Below, piece by piece: positions 39,769 to 50,167 of a stretch of DNA of 64,000 bases. The first letter of the stretch is position 1. Each line of letters begins with the position of its first letter. The stretch is taken from assembly GCA_937926215.1 (NCBI GenBank), contig CALEYA010000025.1, positions 5,451 to 69,450 on the forward strand, written 5' to 3'. The DNA comes from an uncultured Croceitalea sp. Lineage in GTDB: Bacteria > Bacteroidota > Bacteroidia > Flavobacteriales > Flavobacteriaceae. The notes below the pieces were generated by a model, which made no database searches, was not told the DNA's origin, and worked only from the letters and a program-made list of their open reading frames with translations. The translations under genes and the position numbers were made by a program.

Positions 39769-41193
39769 ATGGAGTGTATTAGTGTTTTTGATATGCTTAA
39801 AATAGGTGTCGGTCCTTCTAGCTCCCATACCTTGGGCCCTTGGCGGGCGGCAGAAAGGTGGCTCACAGAACTGAACGAACAAAAACAACTGCAAGAGGTT
39901 GTGAAAGTGTCCGTAAAACTATATGGTTCCCTATCATTAACGGGAAAAGGCCATGCTACCGATGTAGCTGTAGTTTTAGGCCTTTTGGGAAAAGACCCGG
40001 TGACCATACCCGTTGATGAAATCCCTGGATTGTTAGAAACCGTAAAAACGGAGAAGAAATTACTTTTGGGAGGGTTAAAAGAGATTCCATTCGATTTTCA
40101 ACCGGATATCCAATTCTTGCGGGAGTTCCTTCCCTTCCATGCCAACGGCATTAGGTTTGAAGCAGAGTTAAGCGATACTTCATCAATCATGGAAACCTAC
40201 TACTCCATTGGTGGTGGCTTTGTGGTAAAGGAAAGCTTGGAGAATGCCCAAGAAAACAAGGGTATTTTTAAATCGTTTCCCTTTCCCATAGAAACGGGTG
40301 CGGATTTACTGGCATTCTGTGCTTCGGAAAATAAGTCCATTTCCGCAATTGTATTAGAAAACGAACGGGCATTACGTACAGATACTGAAATTAATACCGA
40401 CCTCAAGCGCATTTGGGATACGATGTTGGAATGTATCTATACCGGTTGCCATACCCAAGGAATCCTTCCCGGGGGGTTGCAGGTCAAACGCAGGGCCTAT
40501 GACATGCACCAAAAGCTAAAGGGAACACTCCCCTATTCCAATCCTGTAGAATGGTTGAACACCATACGGGAGACGGAGGTCCGGTTTCGCCAGATTATCA
40601 AATGGGTAAGTTGTTTTGCCTTGAGCGTCAATGAAGTGAATGCGGCCTTGGGTCGCGTGGTCACCGCACCTACCAACGGAAGTGCCGGGGTCATTCCCGC
40701 AGTTTTGATGTATTATTTAGTCATTGAAAACCATGACGGTAATTTTGAGGATATTAAAAAATTCCTGTTGGTTGCCGGGGAAATAGGCAGCATTTTTAAG
40801 AAAGGAGCCACCATTTCTGCGGCCATGGGTGGTTGCCAGGCGGAAATTGGCGTTTCATCGGCAATGGCGGCAGGGGCATTGACCGAACTTATGGGCGGAA
40901 CCCCGGAACAGGTGTTGTGCGCTGCGGAAATCGCTATGGAACACCATTTAGGCTTAACCTGTGATCCCATTGGCGGCCTAGTACAAGTACCCTGTATAGA
41001 GCGCAATGCCATGGGGGCCATCAAAGCCATAAATGCTGCGGAATTGGCTATGGATACGGATCCAGCCACCACCAAGGTCCCTTTGGACAAGGTGGTAAAC
41101 ACCATGTGGGAAACAGCGAAGGATATGAACAGTAAGTATAAAGAAACCTCCGAAGGTGGTCTTGCCGTAGGCGTATTTTTAAGTGATTGTTAA
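39769..41193 (+). CDS. sdaA: L-serine ammonia-lyase (Fe-S, single chain)
   Basis: [49 protein letters not shown]. Confidence 0.96.
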   Translation: MECISVFDMLKIGVGPSSSHTLGPWRAAERWLTELNEQKQLQEVVKVSVKLYGSLSLTGKGHATDVAVVLGLLGKDPVTIPVDEIPGLLETVKTEKKLLLGGLKEIPFDFQPDIQFLREFLPFHANGIRFEAELSDTSSIMETYYSIGGGFVVKESLENAQENKGIFKSFPFPIETGADLLAFCASENKSISAIVLENERALRTDTEINTDLKRIWDTMLECIYTGCHTQGILPGGLQVKRRAYDMHQKLKGTLPYSNPVEWLNTIRETEVRFRQIIKWVSCFALSVNEVNAALGRVVTAPTNGSAGVIPAVLMYYLVIENHDGNFEDIKKFLLVAGEIGSIFKKGATISAAMGGCQAEIGVSSAMAAGALTELMGGTPEQVLCAAEIAMEHHLGLTCDPIGGLVQVPCIERNAMGAIKAINAAELAMDTDPATTKVPLDKVVNTMWETAKDMNSKYKETSEGGLAVGVFLSDC

Positions 41194-41204
41194 TTTATAG
41201 ACCG

Positions 41205-41497
41205 ATGAAGAAAAGCATATGGATTTCGGGAACCTCCAGTGGGGTCGGTTTTGAAAGTGCCCTATTATTTGCAAAACGGATTTAAGGCATACGCTAGCAT
41301 GCGAAATCTAAAAAAGTCCGAAGCATTGCCAAAGGAACTGGCATCCCATAATCTGGACATTGAGATTCTTGCATTGGATGTGACCTCCCATACGTATACG
41401 GACTTCTGACTGGGCAGAGAATATGTGTGCGCTTAAAACGGACCTAGATCCAGATGGCACAAAATTGGTTCAAAAAACCAGGGATTACTTTCTTTAA
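41205..41497 (+). pseudogene. Frameshifted, internally deleted SDR oxidoreductase remnant
   Basis: MKKSIWISGTSSGVGFESALLFAK / frameshift near 41275 / GFKAYASMRNL...EILALDVT, then a short ORF tail RIRTSDWAENMCALKTDLDPDGTKLVQKTRDYFL*. Confidence 0.75.
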
Positions 41498-41500
41498 CCC

Positions 41501-41962
41501 TTAATCCAAACAACCGGCCCTCCCGCGGGTATCAATGAGGTAAATGATTTTCCAATCGCCATCAAAATTGACCAATTGAAAGGAGTTGATACCACAATGG
41601 CTAAATTCCTTGTTCAACCAAAACTCATAGCCAACCCAAGCATTGGCCATGGTCCTATCGACCTGTATGGACCAGGAGGTGAGTTTTTCTTGAAAGGCAA
41701 CACTGTCCGGGATACTGGTAATGGAAGTGATGAGTTTTTCAATTTTTTCGGTTCTAAAAAGTGTCTTTCCCGCTTTGTTCCTTCCGGTAGTCTGCAAGAC
41801 TACCTCGTCGGCCAACACACTTTTCATTGCGGTAGAATCTTGTTTGTGGAATCCATCAAAGAAAGTTTCTATTACTTTTCTAACAGCTTCCTTATCGGTA
41901 TCCTGGGCCTTAACACTAAGAAGGACACCTAAAAAGACGAGGGTGAGCAGCATTTTTTTCAT
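41501..41962 (-). CDS. Secreted NTF2-like (SnoaL / lumazine-binding-like) protein
   Basis: Signal peptide; FFDGFH..D, MANAWVGYEF, HCGINSFQL, WKIIYLIDTR. Confidence 0.8.
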   Translation of the reverse strand: MKKMLLTLVFLGVLLSVKAQDTDKEAVRKVIETFFDGFHKQDSTAMKSVLADEVVLQTTGRNKAGKTLFRTEKIEKLITSITSIPDSVAFQEKLTSWSIQVDRTMANAWVGYEFWLNKEFSHCGINSFQLVNFDGDWKIIYLIDTRGRAGCLD

Positions 41963-42067
41963 GATTGATCTCGTTTTTGAATTTATGGTAACAATAATAA
42001 GAAATAGAATCTTGCTTTAGCGGTAATGGCAAAAACTACTTACATTTAGACCTTAAATTTATAAAGC

Positions 42068-42886
42068 ATGTCCGTAGCAAAAAAAGAATACAAGCGTATT
42101 ACCGTGAAATCTTTAATAGAAATGAAGCAAAATGGGGAGAAAATCTCCATGCTTACGTCCTATGATTATTCTATGGCCAAGATTGTTGATGCTGCTAAGG
42201 TCGATGTTATTTTGGTGGGTGACTCTGCCAGTAACGTTATCGCCGGACATGAAACCACATTACCCATCACCTTAGATCAGATGATCTATCATGCAAGTGC
42301 CGTAGTTAGGGCTGCAAAGCGTGCTTTGGTGGTGGTGGACATTCCCTTTGGAAGTTATCAAAGTGATTCCAAAGAGGCCCTTCGCTCCGCTATTAGAATC
42401 ATGAAAGAAAGTGGCGCACATGCCGTAAAGGTCGAAGGTGGGGAAGAAATTCAAGAATCCGTAAAACGCATCATAGGTGCCGGGATACCTGTCATGGGGC
42501 ATTTAGGGCTCACACCGCAATCCATCTACAAATTTGGCACCTATACGGTTCGCGCAAAGGAAGAAGCCGAGGCCAAGCAGTTGATTTCGGATGCAAAGCT
42601 ATTGGAAAAACTAGGTTGTTTTGGGCTGGTCCTAGAAAAAATACCTGCCACACTAGCAAAAAAAGTCGCGGAAAGTGTTGCCATACCCGTCATAGGTATT
42701 GGTGCGGGAAATGGCGTGGACGGCCAAGTGCTTGTAGTGCATGACGTATTGGGCATGACCCACGAATTCAACCCAAGGTTTCTACGAAGGTATATGAACC
42801 TTTACGAGGAAATGAGTACTGCCATATCGCAATATGTTTCCGATGTAAAGACTAGGGATTTTCCCAACGAGGACGAACAATATTAA
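42068..42886 (+). CDS. panB: 3-methyl-2-oxobutanoate hydroxymethyltransferase
   Basis: [30 protein letters not shown]. Confidence 0.97.
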   Translation: MSVAKKEYKRITVKSLIEMKQNGEKISMLTSYDYSMAKIVDAAKVDVILVGDSASNVIAGHETTLPITLDQMIYHASAVVRAAKRALVVVDIPFGSYQSDSKEALRSAIRIMKESGAHAVKVEGGEEIQESVKRIIGAGIPVMGHLGLTPQSIYKFGTYTVRAKEEAEAKQLISDAKLLEKLGCFGLVLEKIPATLAKKVAESVAIPVIGIGAGNGVDGQVLVVHDVLGMTHEFNPRFLRRYMNLYEEMSTAISQYVSDVKTRDFPNEDEQY

Positions 42887-42895
42887 ACGCTTCTT

Positions 42896-43549
42896 ATGAA
42901 AAGGACCTTAGGTCTTCTTCTTTGCTTATGTAGCTTGTACCCGATTTTTCCGAACTCTGGGGATAATACGTTAGCTGCTTTTTCACCTAAGCCTATTAAA
43001 ATCCTATTTGTGGGTAATAGTCTTACCTATACCAACCAACTGCCCTTATTGGTAGAAAAAGAGGCCAAAGAACATGGCCTTATCGTCCATACAAGTTTGG
43101 TTGCCTACCCCAATTATGCCATAGAAGACCACTGGAACGATGGCAAGGTGCGCCAACTGCTGGAAAAAGAACGATACGATTTTTTGATTTTACAGCAAGG
43201 ACCTTCCTCCTTGGCCGAAGGCAGGCAGATGTTGCTGGATTACGGCGCCAAATTCAAATCGGTATGCGAAGCACAGCAAACCCAACTGGTATTTTACATG
43301 GTATGGCCTTCCCTTAGGTATTATCAATCTTTTGATAAGGTTATTCAAAATTATACGAACGCCGCACAAAGTACTGATGCTTTGCTATGCCCGGTAGGTT
43401 CCGTTTGGAAAGCCTATATTGAGCAAACAAAGGACAGATCGTACTACGGTCCGGATGGTTTTCATCCTTCCGAAAAAGGAAGTACGGTTGCCGCCCAAGT
43501 AATCGTTAAAACACTTTTCCCAGAAATTACTGCTAATGAGCGCCCTTAG
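42896..43549 (+). CDS. SGNH/GDSL hydrolase-like secreted protein
   Basis: LFVGNSLT, ILQQG, DGFHPS. Confidence 0.8.
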   Translation: MKRTLGLLLCLCSLYPIFPNSGDNTLAAFSPKPIKILFVGNSLTYTNQLPLLVEKEAKEHGLIVHTSLVAYPNYAIEDHWNDGKVRQLLEKERYDFLILQQGPSSLAEGRQMLLDYGAKFKSVCEAQQTQLVFYMVWPSLRYYQSFDKVIQNYTNAAQSTDALLCPVGSVWKAYIEQTKDRSYYGPDGFHPSEKGSTVAAQVIVKTLFPEITANERP

Positions 43550-44231
43550 GTCTACCCCAGAAAATTTGTTGGTTATATTCGAGGATAACCATTTGATCGT
43601 GGTAGGCAAACGCCCCGGGGATATCGTACAGGGCGATAAAACGGGTGATACGCCATTAAGTGAGGTGGTCAAGAGCTATATTAAAACCAAATACAACAAA
43701 CCGGGAAATGTATTTCTTGGGGTGGTCCATCGGTTGGATAGGCCAACATCGGGTTGTTTGGTTTTTGCCAAGACCTCCAAAGCCCTTACCCGTCTAAACA
43801 AATTATTCGCTTCCGGAAAGACAAAAAAAACCTATTGGGCGGTTGTGCAGAAAAAAGAGCTTGATAAAAAAGCGACCCTTACCCATTGGTTGGTGCGCAA
43901 CCCAAAGCAAAACAAGTCCTATGCACATCCAAAAGAGGTCCCCAACAGTAAAAAGGCCCTCTTGGATTATGAGGTCATTGCTGCTCTGGACAACTATCTT
44001 TTACTCCAAATCGATTTGAAAACCGGGCGTCACCATCAAATTAGGGCGCAACTGGCCGCCATAGGTTGTGCTATAAAAGGGGACCTAAAATATGGGGCTT
44101 CACGAAGCAATCCCAACGGCAGTATTCATTTACATGCACGAACCTTGGGCTTTGAACATCCCGTAAAACAGGAAGCATTGGAGTTCACCGCTCCTCCACC
44201 CGATGACCCGGTCTGGAACGCATGTTCCTGA
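43536..44231 (+). CDS. RluA-family pseudouridine synthase
   Basis: VHRLDRPTSG, KTYWAVV, TGRHHQIRAQL, IKGDLKYG, LHA. Confidence 0.93.
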   Translation: MSALRSTPENLLVIFEDNHLIVVGKRPGDIVQGDKTGDTPLSEVVKSYIKTKYNKPGNVFLGVVHRLDRPTSGCLVFAKTSKALTRLNKLFASGKTKKTYWAVVQKKELDKKATLTHWLVRNPKQNKSYAHPKEVPNSKKALLDYEVIAALDNYLLLQIDLKTGRHHQIRAQLAAIGCAIKGDLKYGASRSNPNGSIHLHARTLGFEHPVKQEALEFTAPPPDDPVWNACS

Positions 44232-44261
44232 TTTTTCCTATTTTTAGACAAACACGCTTCC

Positions 44262-44783
44262 ATGAAAAAATTTGTTGCCTTCGCCGCGCTCACCCTATTG
44301 CTCTCCTGTAGCAGCTACAATTCCATTGATAGTTTTTACGAAGCACACAAAAATGACAACCAAGTTACCGCGGTTCGTGTTCCAAGATTTATGTTCTCTT
44401 TGATAGGAAATATATCGCCGGAACTTAAAAGTATGATAGGCACTACCAAAGACTTACGGTACATGCAATTCCCAAGTGCTACATCTTCACAAACGCAATT
44501 TTTAAACAACCAGATGAATAGTTTTACCGGAGGCTCTTTTATAGAGGTCTTTAGAAAGAACGATGAACTCAAAAGGAATGTGGTGGCAGTGCGGGAAAAA
44601 CGGGATGTGGTAAAGGAAATTATGATCTACAACAATAACAACGTATCTGGCTCCTTCCTCTATTTTAGTGGAAATTTTGACCCCTCAAAAGTGAGGGAAA
44701 TGGCCAAAAACAACAGTTTTGAAAAACTAAGCACGGATTTCCTATCACAAATGAATGCCAGTACGCCAGGGATCAACAACTAA
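44262..44783 (+). CDS. DUF4252-like lipoprotein
   Basis: Lipobox LLSC; FYEAHK...VRVPRFM...VKEIMIY...F.GNFD. Confidence 0.7.
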   Translation: MKKFVAFAALTLLLSCSSYNSIDSFYEAHKNDNQVTAVRVPRFMFSLIGNISPELKSMIGTTKDLRYMQFPSATSSQTQFLNNQMNSFTGGSFIEVFRKNDELKRNVVAVREKRDVVKEIMIYNNNNVSGSFLYFSGNFDPSKVREMAKNNSFEKLSTDFLSQMNASTPGINN

Positions 44784-44797
44784 GCATCTTCCCTTTT

Positions 44798-46342
44798 CTA
44801 TCTGGTAATGGCATTTGCTTTTTCTTTGATGATCAAGGCCACCGGTTTGTTTTGCAGATGGCTCTCCAACCAAGACAGAATATCCAAATACAAGAATGAC
44901 CGTTTTTCATAAGGGTGATGCTCATACTTCTTCAGCTCGGTATACAGCTTTTGGAATTCATTCTTAAGGTCGCTTGGGTAAATATCCCCAAGGCTTCTTA
45001 AAAACTTGATCATCTCTTTTTGAACGGACTGTAAATCGTTCATCTTTAATAAAAACTTGTACGTACTCTTTAGTTGTACTTCCAAGTGGTAGTCCATACC
45101 GGCTTCGTAATGGGTTACCAAGCTCAGCACCCGCGCAAAGCACATGAGATCCTCACGCATCTTCAGGTTTTTGTTGGAAATAATGCGTTTGAGGTAAACG
45201 ATACAGTTTTTATGATCCCCAACCCCAAAATACAAACACGCTATCTTATAGTACAATAGCATGATGTGATGTTCATCTATACGGTCCCTATGTTTTTTAA
45301 TACCATATTCTATGATGTTCACCAAGTAAAGCCCTTTTTCAAAGGTTCCCTCTAAAAAGTGAAGGCTAAGGCGATTGGAATTTACATATAAGAAAGCCAA
45401 AGAAGCAATATTGTCATTCTTTATAAAGTCCTTTTGCTCAACAATACTTTCAAGTCGTTCTAAGGTTTCCTTAAACTGGGAACGGTATTTTACGTAAAAT
45501 AGGGATTCCAAAAGGTAGTGGTTCCCCTTTAAAAAGAATACGGGATTCAATTGGATCATCTCCTTGTTTTCGTAGAAAAGATTTACCCATTTACTAGCGT
45601 ATTTATAGGAGTTCAAAAAATCCTGTATCAAAAGATTGTACCATAAATGTGCTTTGTACAACCATAATTTCTCCCGGAAACCCAAATCTTCCAGTTTGTA
45701 CTTCGGGAGTTTGGTTTCAAAATAATCGGTAACCTCGCGCAGGTCTTCATCATTCCGAACATAGCCCACCTTTAGCATCATGCCGTACAATTGTATGGAT
45801 AAATTGGACAACTTGCTGGTCATCACATTATCCTCGGAAAGGGATTTTGCCTGGGTCACCAACTCGTCCGCCCTATGGGGAATACTGCGTGTAATATATT
45901 GTGTTTCAATGACCTTCTCCAATTCTACAATCTCATAGGCCACGTTTTTCTCTTGGTGTTCAATGGCTACGTTTTTGGCCTTGTCCAATAACTTTAACGC
46001 TTGCTTGTAAAGCCCTTTTTGGTAAAGGATGGTGGCAAAGTCCAGTTGTTCCCGTATTTGCACCCGTATATTTTGGTTGACGGGATTCAACCTAAGGCTC
46101 ACCAAGATTTGTTTGTACAGATGTGCTTTTAGGTTGGACAATTGCGATTTTTTAACAATGCCATTATCCAAAATTTGCTGTTCGCTGTAAAGCTTCATCT
46201 TATCCAAAAGATTGAACAAAGCCAAAAATTTTGCGTCCGCATTGACACCCAATCTTCCAACGTAAAGCTTAAATTGTCGCTTTTCAGATTTTGAGAGCGA
46301 CTTTACCAGTACAAAAAGCGTGTCTTTTTGGTTATTTGTCAT
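44798..46342 (-). CDS. Conserved Bacteroidota all-alpha (TPR-like) cytoplasmic hypothetical protein
   Basis: LFVLVKSLSKSEKRQFK N-terminus; helical, no signal peptide; FLYLDILSWLES near the C-terminus. Confidence 0.75.
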   Translation of the reverse strand: MTNNQKDTLFVLVKSLSKSEKRQFKLYVGRLGVNADAKFLALFNLLDKMKLYSEQQILDNGIVKKSQLSNLKAHLYKQILVSLRLNPVNQNIRVQIREQLDFATILYQKGLYKQALKLLDKAKNVAIEHQEKNVAYEIVELEKVIETQYITRSIPHRADELVTQAKSLSEDNVMTSKLSNLSIQLYGMMLKVGYVRNDEDLREVTDYFETKLPKYKLEDLGFREKLWLYKAHLWYNLLIQDFLNSYKYASKWVNLFYENKEMIQLNPVFFLKGNHYLLESLFYVKYRSQFKETLERLESIVEQKDFIKNDNIASLAFLYVNSNRLSLHFLEGTFEKGLYLVNIIEYGIKKHRDRIDEHHIMLLYYKIACLYFGVGDHKNCIVYLKRIISNKNLKMREDLMCFARVLSLVTHYEAGMDYHLEVQLKSTYKFLLKMNDLQSVQKEMIKFLRSLGDIYPSDLKNEFQKLYTELKKYEHHPYEKRSFLYLDILSWLESHLQNKPVALIIKEKANAITR

Positions 46343-46488
46343 CGTAAAAAATACTATTTAAACAGCTGTAAAACAGTGTTTTAGATATACTAAAAAACCC
46401 TTCAACATTGTAATGCCGATTTGCGGTTACAAGTTCTTGGTAATTGGATATATATATTCGTAAGTGAACCTATAATTATCCTAAAATA

Positions 46489-47661
46489 ATGAGTAAAGAT
46501 AAGGTACAAATATTTGACACAACGCTAAGGGATGGCGAGCAGGTTCCCGGTTGTAAATTGGATACGGAACAGAAACTTGTTATTGCGGAACGATTAGAGG
46601 CCTTGGGCGTTGATGTTATAGAAGCTGGATTTCCGATATCCAGTCCCGGGGATTTTAATTCTGTAGTTGAAATTTCCAAATTGATAAAAAACGCCACCGT
46701 CTGTGGATTGTCCCGGGCCGTTGAAAAGGATATTACCGTAGCGGCAGATGCCATCAAAGGAGCTATCAGACCCAGAATACATACGGGAATAGGCACTTCG
46801 GAATCACACATCAAGCATAAATTCAACACGACACCAGATAAAATAATTGAACGTGCGGTCGCCGCCGTAAAACACGCCAAAAGTTTTGTTGAGGATGTAG
46901 AATTCTACGCGGAGGATGCCGGAAGAACGGACAACGAATATTTGGCCAGGGTATGCGAAGCGGTCATTAAAGCTGGAGCAACGGTCCTTAACATCCCGGA
47001 TACAACAGGTTATTGTTTGCCGGAAGAATATGGGGCTAAAATCAAGTACCTTAAGGAAAACGTTAGGGGTATGGAAAAGGCTATTTTGTCCTGTCATTGC
47101 CATAACGATTTAGGTTTGGCAACCGCCAATTCCATAGCTGGGGCCATGAACGGCGCCAGACAGATAGAATGTACTATAAATGGGATTGGGGAACGAGCAG
47201 GAAACACCTCTTTGGAAGAAGTGGTCATGGTATTACGCCAACATCCCTATTTAAATATAGACACTGACATCAACAGTCAATTGTTATATAGTACCAGTCA
47301 AATGGTGTCCCAAAAAATGGGGATGCCGGTACAGCCCAATAAGGCGATTGTGGGTACCAACGCCTTTGCCCATAGCTCTGGAATTCATCAAGATGGGGTT
47401 ATCAAAAGGAGGGATACGTATGAGATTATGGACCCAAAAGAAGTTGGCGTAGACCAATCTTCCATTATCCTTACCGCACGCAGCGGCCGTGCCGCTTTGG
47501 CGTATAGGGCTAAAAATGTGGGCTATGAATTAACTAAAGTGCAATTGGACGTTGTTTACGATAATTTCTTAAAATATGCCGATCGCAAGAAAGAGATTGT
47601 GGATGAGGACATCCATGAGATTGTAGAAACCAGCAGTATCAATATGGCAAGCTTGGCATAA
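46489..47661 (+). CDS. leuA: 2-isopropylmalate synthase, short form
   Basis: [39 protein letters not shown]. Confidence 0.95.
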   Translation: MSKDKVQIFDTTLRDGEQVPGCKLDTEQKLVIAERLEALGVDVIEAGFPISSPGDFNSVVEISKLIKNATVCGLSRAVEKDITVAADAIKGAIRPRIHTGIGTSESHIKHKFNTTPDKIIERAVAAVKHAKSFVEDVEFYAEDAGRTDNEYLARVCEAVIKAGATVLNIPDTTGYCLPEEYGAKIKYLKENVRGMEKAILSCHCHNDLGLATANSIAGAMNGARQIECTINGIGERAGNTSLEEVVMVLRQHPYLNIDTDINSQLLYSTSQMVSQKMGMPVQPNKAIVGTNAFAHSSGIHQDGVIKRRDTYEIMDPKEVGVDQSSIILTARSGRAALAYRAKNVGYELTKVQLDVVYDNFLKYADRKKEIVDEDIHEIVETSSINMASLA

Positions 47662-47694
47662 TACTTTTGCCAAGCGTCCCAAACCGCATTTCGT

Positions 47695-48816
47695 ATGAAT
47701 CTTAAAATTGCCCTACTGCCCGGTGATGGTATTGGTCCTGAAGTCATCGACCAGACCGTGAAATGTTTACGAGCGATTGAAGAGGTTTTTGGACATCATT
47801 TTCTTTTTAAGGAAGCTGCCGTAGGTGCTATGGCCATTGACAAAACCGGAAAACCCTTACCCGAGGAAACCCTAAAAATTTGTTCCGAAGCCGATGCCAT
47901 TTTAGTAGGGGCCCTAGAAAACCCCAAACAGTACGGCTATCAAAATATGGGAATGCGACCAGAACTGGGAATGCTTCAATTACGAAAGTCCCTAGATCTT
48001 TATGCCAATATACGACCCGTAAAGGTATTCGATTCCTTAATTGCCAATTCCCCGCTTAAAAAAGAGATTATTGCCAATACCGATTTAATCATCTATCGGG
48101 AACTTCAAGGTGGTGTATATACCGGTAAGAAACAACTCAATGAAAAAGGGACCATAGCTTCCGATCTTTGTGAATATTCTGAAAGGGAAATCAGTAGAAT
48201 TACCCATTTGGCCTTTAAAGCCGCTAAAAATCGAAAGAAAAAAGTAACGCTTGTAGATAAGGCCAATGTTATGGAATCTTCCAAACTTTGGAGAAAGGTG
48301 GTAGCTAAAATTGGGGAAAGCTATACCGATGTTACACTGGATTTTATGTTTGCGGACCAAGCCGCAATGCAGTTGGTACTTAATCCTGGACAATTTGACA
48401 TTATTTTGACAGAAAATATGTTTGGTGATATCTTGGCCGACGAAGCTAGCGTACTAGGCGGGTCCATGGGCTTGGTGGCCAGTGCATCCTTAGGTGAAAA
48501 AAATGCACTGTTCGAACCCTTGCATGGAGGCCTCCCACAAGAAAAAGGGAATAATACGGCCAACCCGGTAGCTTCCATTTTATCTTCCGCTATGCTGTTG
48601 GAGCACTTTAAGTTATTTGAAGAGGCCATGGCCATACGGGAAGCTGTCAATAAAGCGTTGGCAAAGGATATCGTTACGCCCGATCTTAAGGCAAACTCCA
48701 AGTACGGAACATCCCATGTTGGGGATTTCATTGCCGATACCATATCCAACTATGACGATGACGATTTTAATATGAACGATGAAAACATTGGGCTGGGAAA
48801 ATCGACCATAATTTAA
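47695..48816 (+). CDS. leuB: 3-isopropylmalate dehydrogenase
   Basis: GDGIGPEV, LRK...ANIRP, YREL.GGVY, DKANV, NMFGDILADEA, ANPVASILS. Confidence 0.88.
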   Translation: MNLKIALLPGDGIGPEVIDQTVKCLRAIEEVFGHHFLFKEAAVGAMAIDKTGKPLPEETLKICSEADAILVGALENPKQYGYQNMGMRPELGMLQLRKSLDLYANIRPVKVFDSLIANSPLKKEIIANTDLIIYRELQGGVYTGKKQLNEKGTIASDLCEYSEREISRITHLAFKAAKNRKKKVTLVDKANVMESSKLWRKVVAKIGESYTDVTLDFMFADQAAMQLVLNPGQFDIILTENMFGDILADEASVLGGSMGLVASASLGEKNALFEPLHGGLPQEKGNNTANPVASILSSAMLLEHFKLFEEAMAIREAVNKALAKDIVTPDLKANSKYGTSHVGDFIADTISNYDDDDFNMNDENIGLGKSTII

Positions 48817-50067
48817 TTACTCTGCCAACAGTTTTTTTATCGTTTCATCAAATTCTTCCTTAAACGCTACATATTTATCCCCGGTTGCAGGACCGTTAAA
48901 GCCAGTATGGATTTTATGTACTTCCCCTTTTTTATCCAAATAAATAGTGGTGGGATACGAAAGTACGTGATTCAGCATCGGCAATTTTTCGTTGGCTTTG
49001 TTCTTGTCCGAAGTTCCAATTTGTGCCAAAAGTATGGGGTACGAGACCCCAATGCGGTCTTTTAAACGCCGTATTCCGTTAAAAGCCTTCTCTTCTGTCT
49101 TCGCATATTCAAAGGCCAATCCCACAAACTGTACATCCTTATGGGCATTGTTTTTTACATATTCCATATAGAACTTGGTTTCATCCAAACAATTGGGGCA
49201 CCAAGTCCCCATAACTTGCACCAGGACCACTTTATCCTTAAACATGGGATCTTGAAGACTAATAACCTCCCCTTTTTCGTTTGGAAACGAAAAATCAAAA
49301 CGGTCGTACCCTTCCTTTAAAAAGGTCAACTCATCCGCACTAGGGAGTTCAAAAGTTTCGTCACGCACCGCCTTGAATTTTTCTACCGAGTGGTTGCCAG
49401 AATAAAAAGTGCCTTCCAATATACTATCATTTGCTTTTGCCGTAAACAGAAAGACATGGGCCCCATCAAAAGTGGAAAGCTTCAAGGTATTTCCATCAAC
49501 TACCCCTTCCAAATAGCGGTAATCCCCAGTAGTGGTTCGGAAGGTTCCGGTAACGATACCTTCATCTTGATAAAAAATACCTTTTGCGGGATATGCCGCT
49601 TCCTTGTCATAATCAAAATCTACTTTCCAAATCCCTGATAGGTCTACCGTAGGTTCGGCATTCGTCTTGAATCTTGGGCTATTTCCAAAAACCGCATGAA
49701 AGGGTACTACCCTATCCAAACTCTCTTTTATAAAAGCCCCACGTATTTCGGTTTCGGAATAGGTGCCCGCTATATACCCTTCAAAAACGGGCATGCGAAC
49801 GGTAATAGAATCGTTATTAAGCACTATTTCATCAACCATGACCCGCTCATCGGCATTCTTAAGGGTCATTGCTAAAGTACCATCCTCATTTTTGGATAAA
49901 TCAAAATCAAATGGCAATTCCTCGGTATCGGATACTTGCATGGTAGCCAGCCATTTTCCTATTTTTGGTTCCGCTGTAACTTTGTCCGTACAAGAACAGA
50001 AGCCTACGAGCACCAACGCTACACCTAGCAGGTATATCATTTTTCTTATTCGTATTCTTTCCATCAT
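48817..50067 (-). CDS. TlpA/redoxin-family lipoprotein
   Basis: Lipobox FCSC; C-terminal thioredoxin fold GTWCPNC, SYPTT; start may be 50040. Confidence 0.85.
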   Translation of the reverse strand: MMERIRIRKMIYLLGVALVLVGFCSCTDKVTAEPKIGKWLATMQVSDTEELPFDFDLSKNEDGTLAMTLKNADERVMVDEIVLNNDSITVRMPVFEGYIAGTYSETEIRGAFIKESLDRVVPFHAVFGNSPRFKTNAEPTVDLSGIWKVDFDYDKEAAYPAKGIFYQDEGIVTGTFRTTTGDYRYLEGVVDGNTLKLSTFDGAHVFLFTAKANDSILEGTFYSGNHSVEKFKAVRDETFELPSADELTFLKEGYDRFDFSFPNEKGEVISLQDPMFKDKVVLVQVMGTWCPNCLDETKFYMEYVKNNAHKDVQFVGLAFEYAKTEEKAFNGIRRLKDRIGVSYPILLAQIGTSDKNKANEKLPMLNHVLSYPTTIYLDKKGEVHKIHTGFNGPATGDKYVAFKEEFDETIKKLLAE

Positions 50068-50140
50068 GGGTCTAAGGTACTTGTTTTTTTTGATTGCTAT
50101 TTTGATGGCTTTTCAAATTGAATGTCATGGGGCAATGTTA

Positions 50141-50148
50141 TATATTTG
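50141..50148 (+). promoter_or_regulatory. -7 box of pheT (TATATTTG)
   Basis: TAnnTTTG 20 bp upstream of the ATG. Confidence 0.65.
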
Positions 50149-50167
50149 CTCCCTTTAAACACGGTCA

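Noticed and set aside
46489-47661. LeuA lacking the C-terminal regulatory domain
   Set aside because: The short form is common in Flavobacteriaceae; no Leu-rich leader peptide was found upstream.
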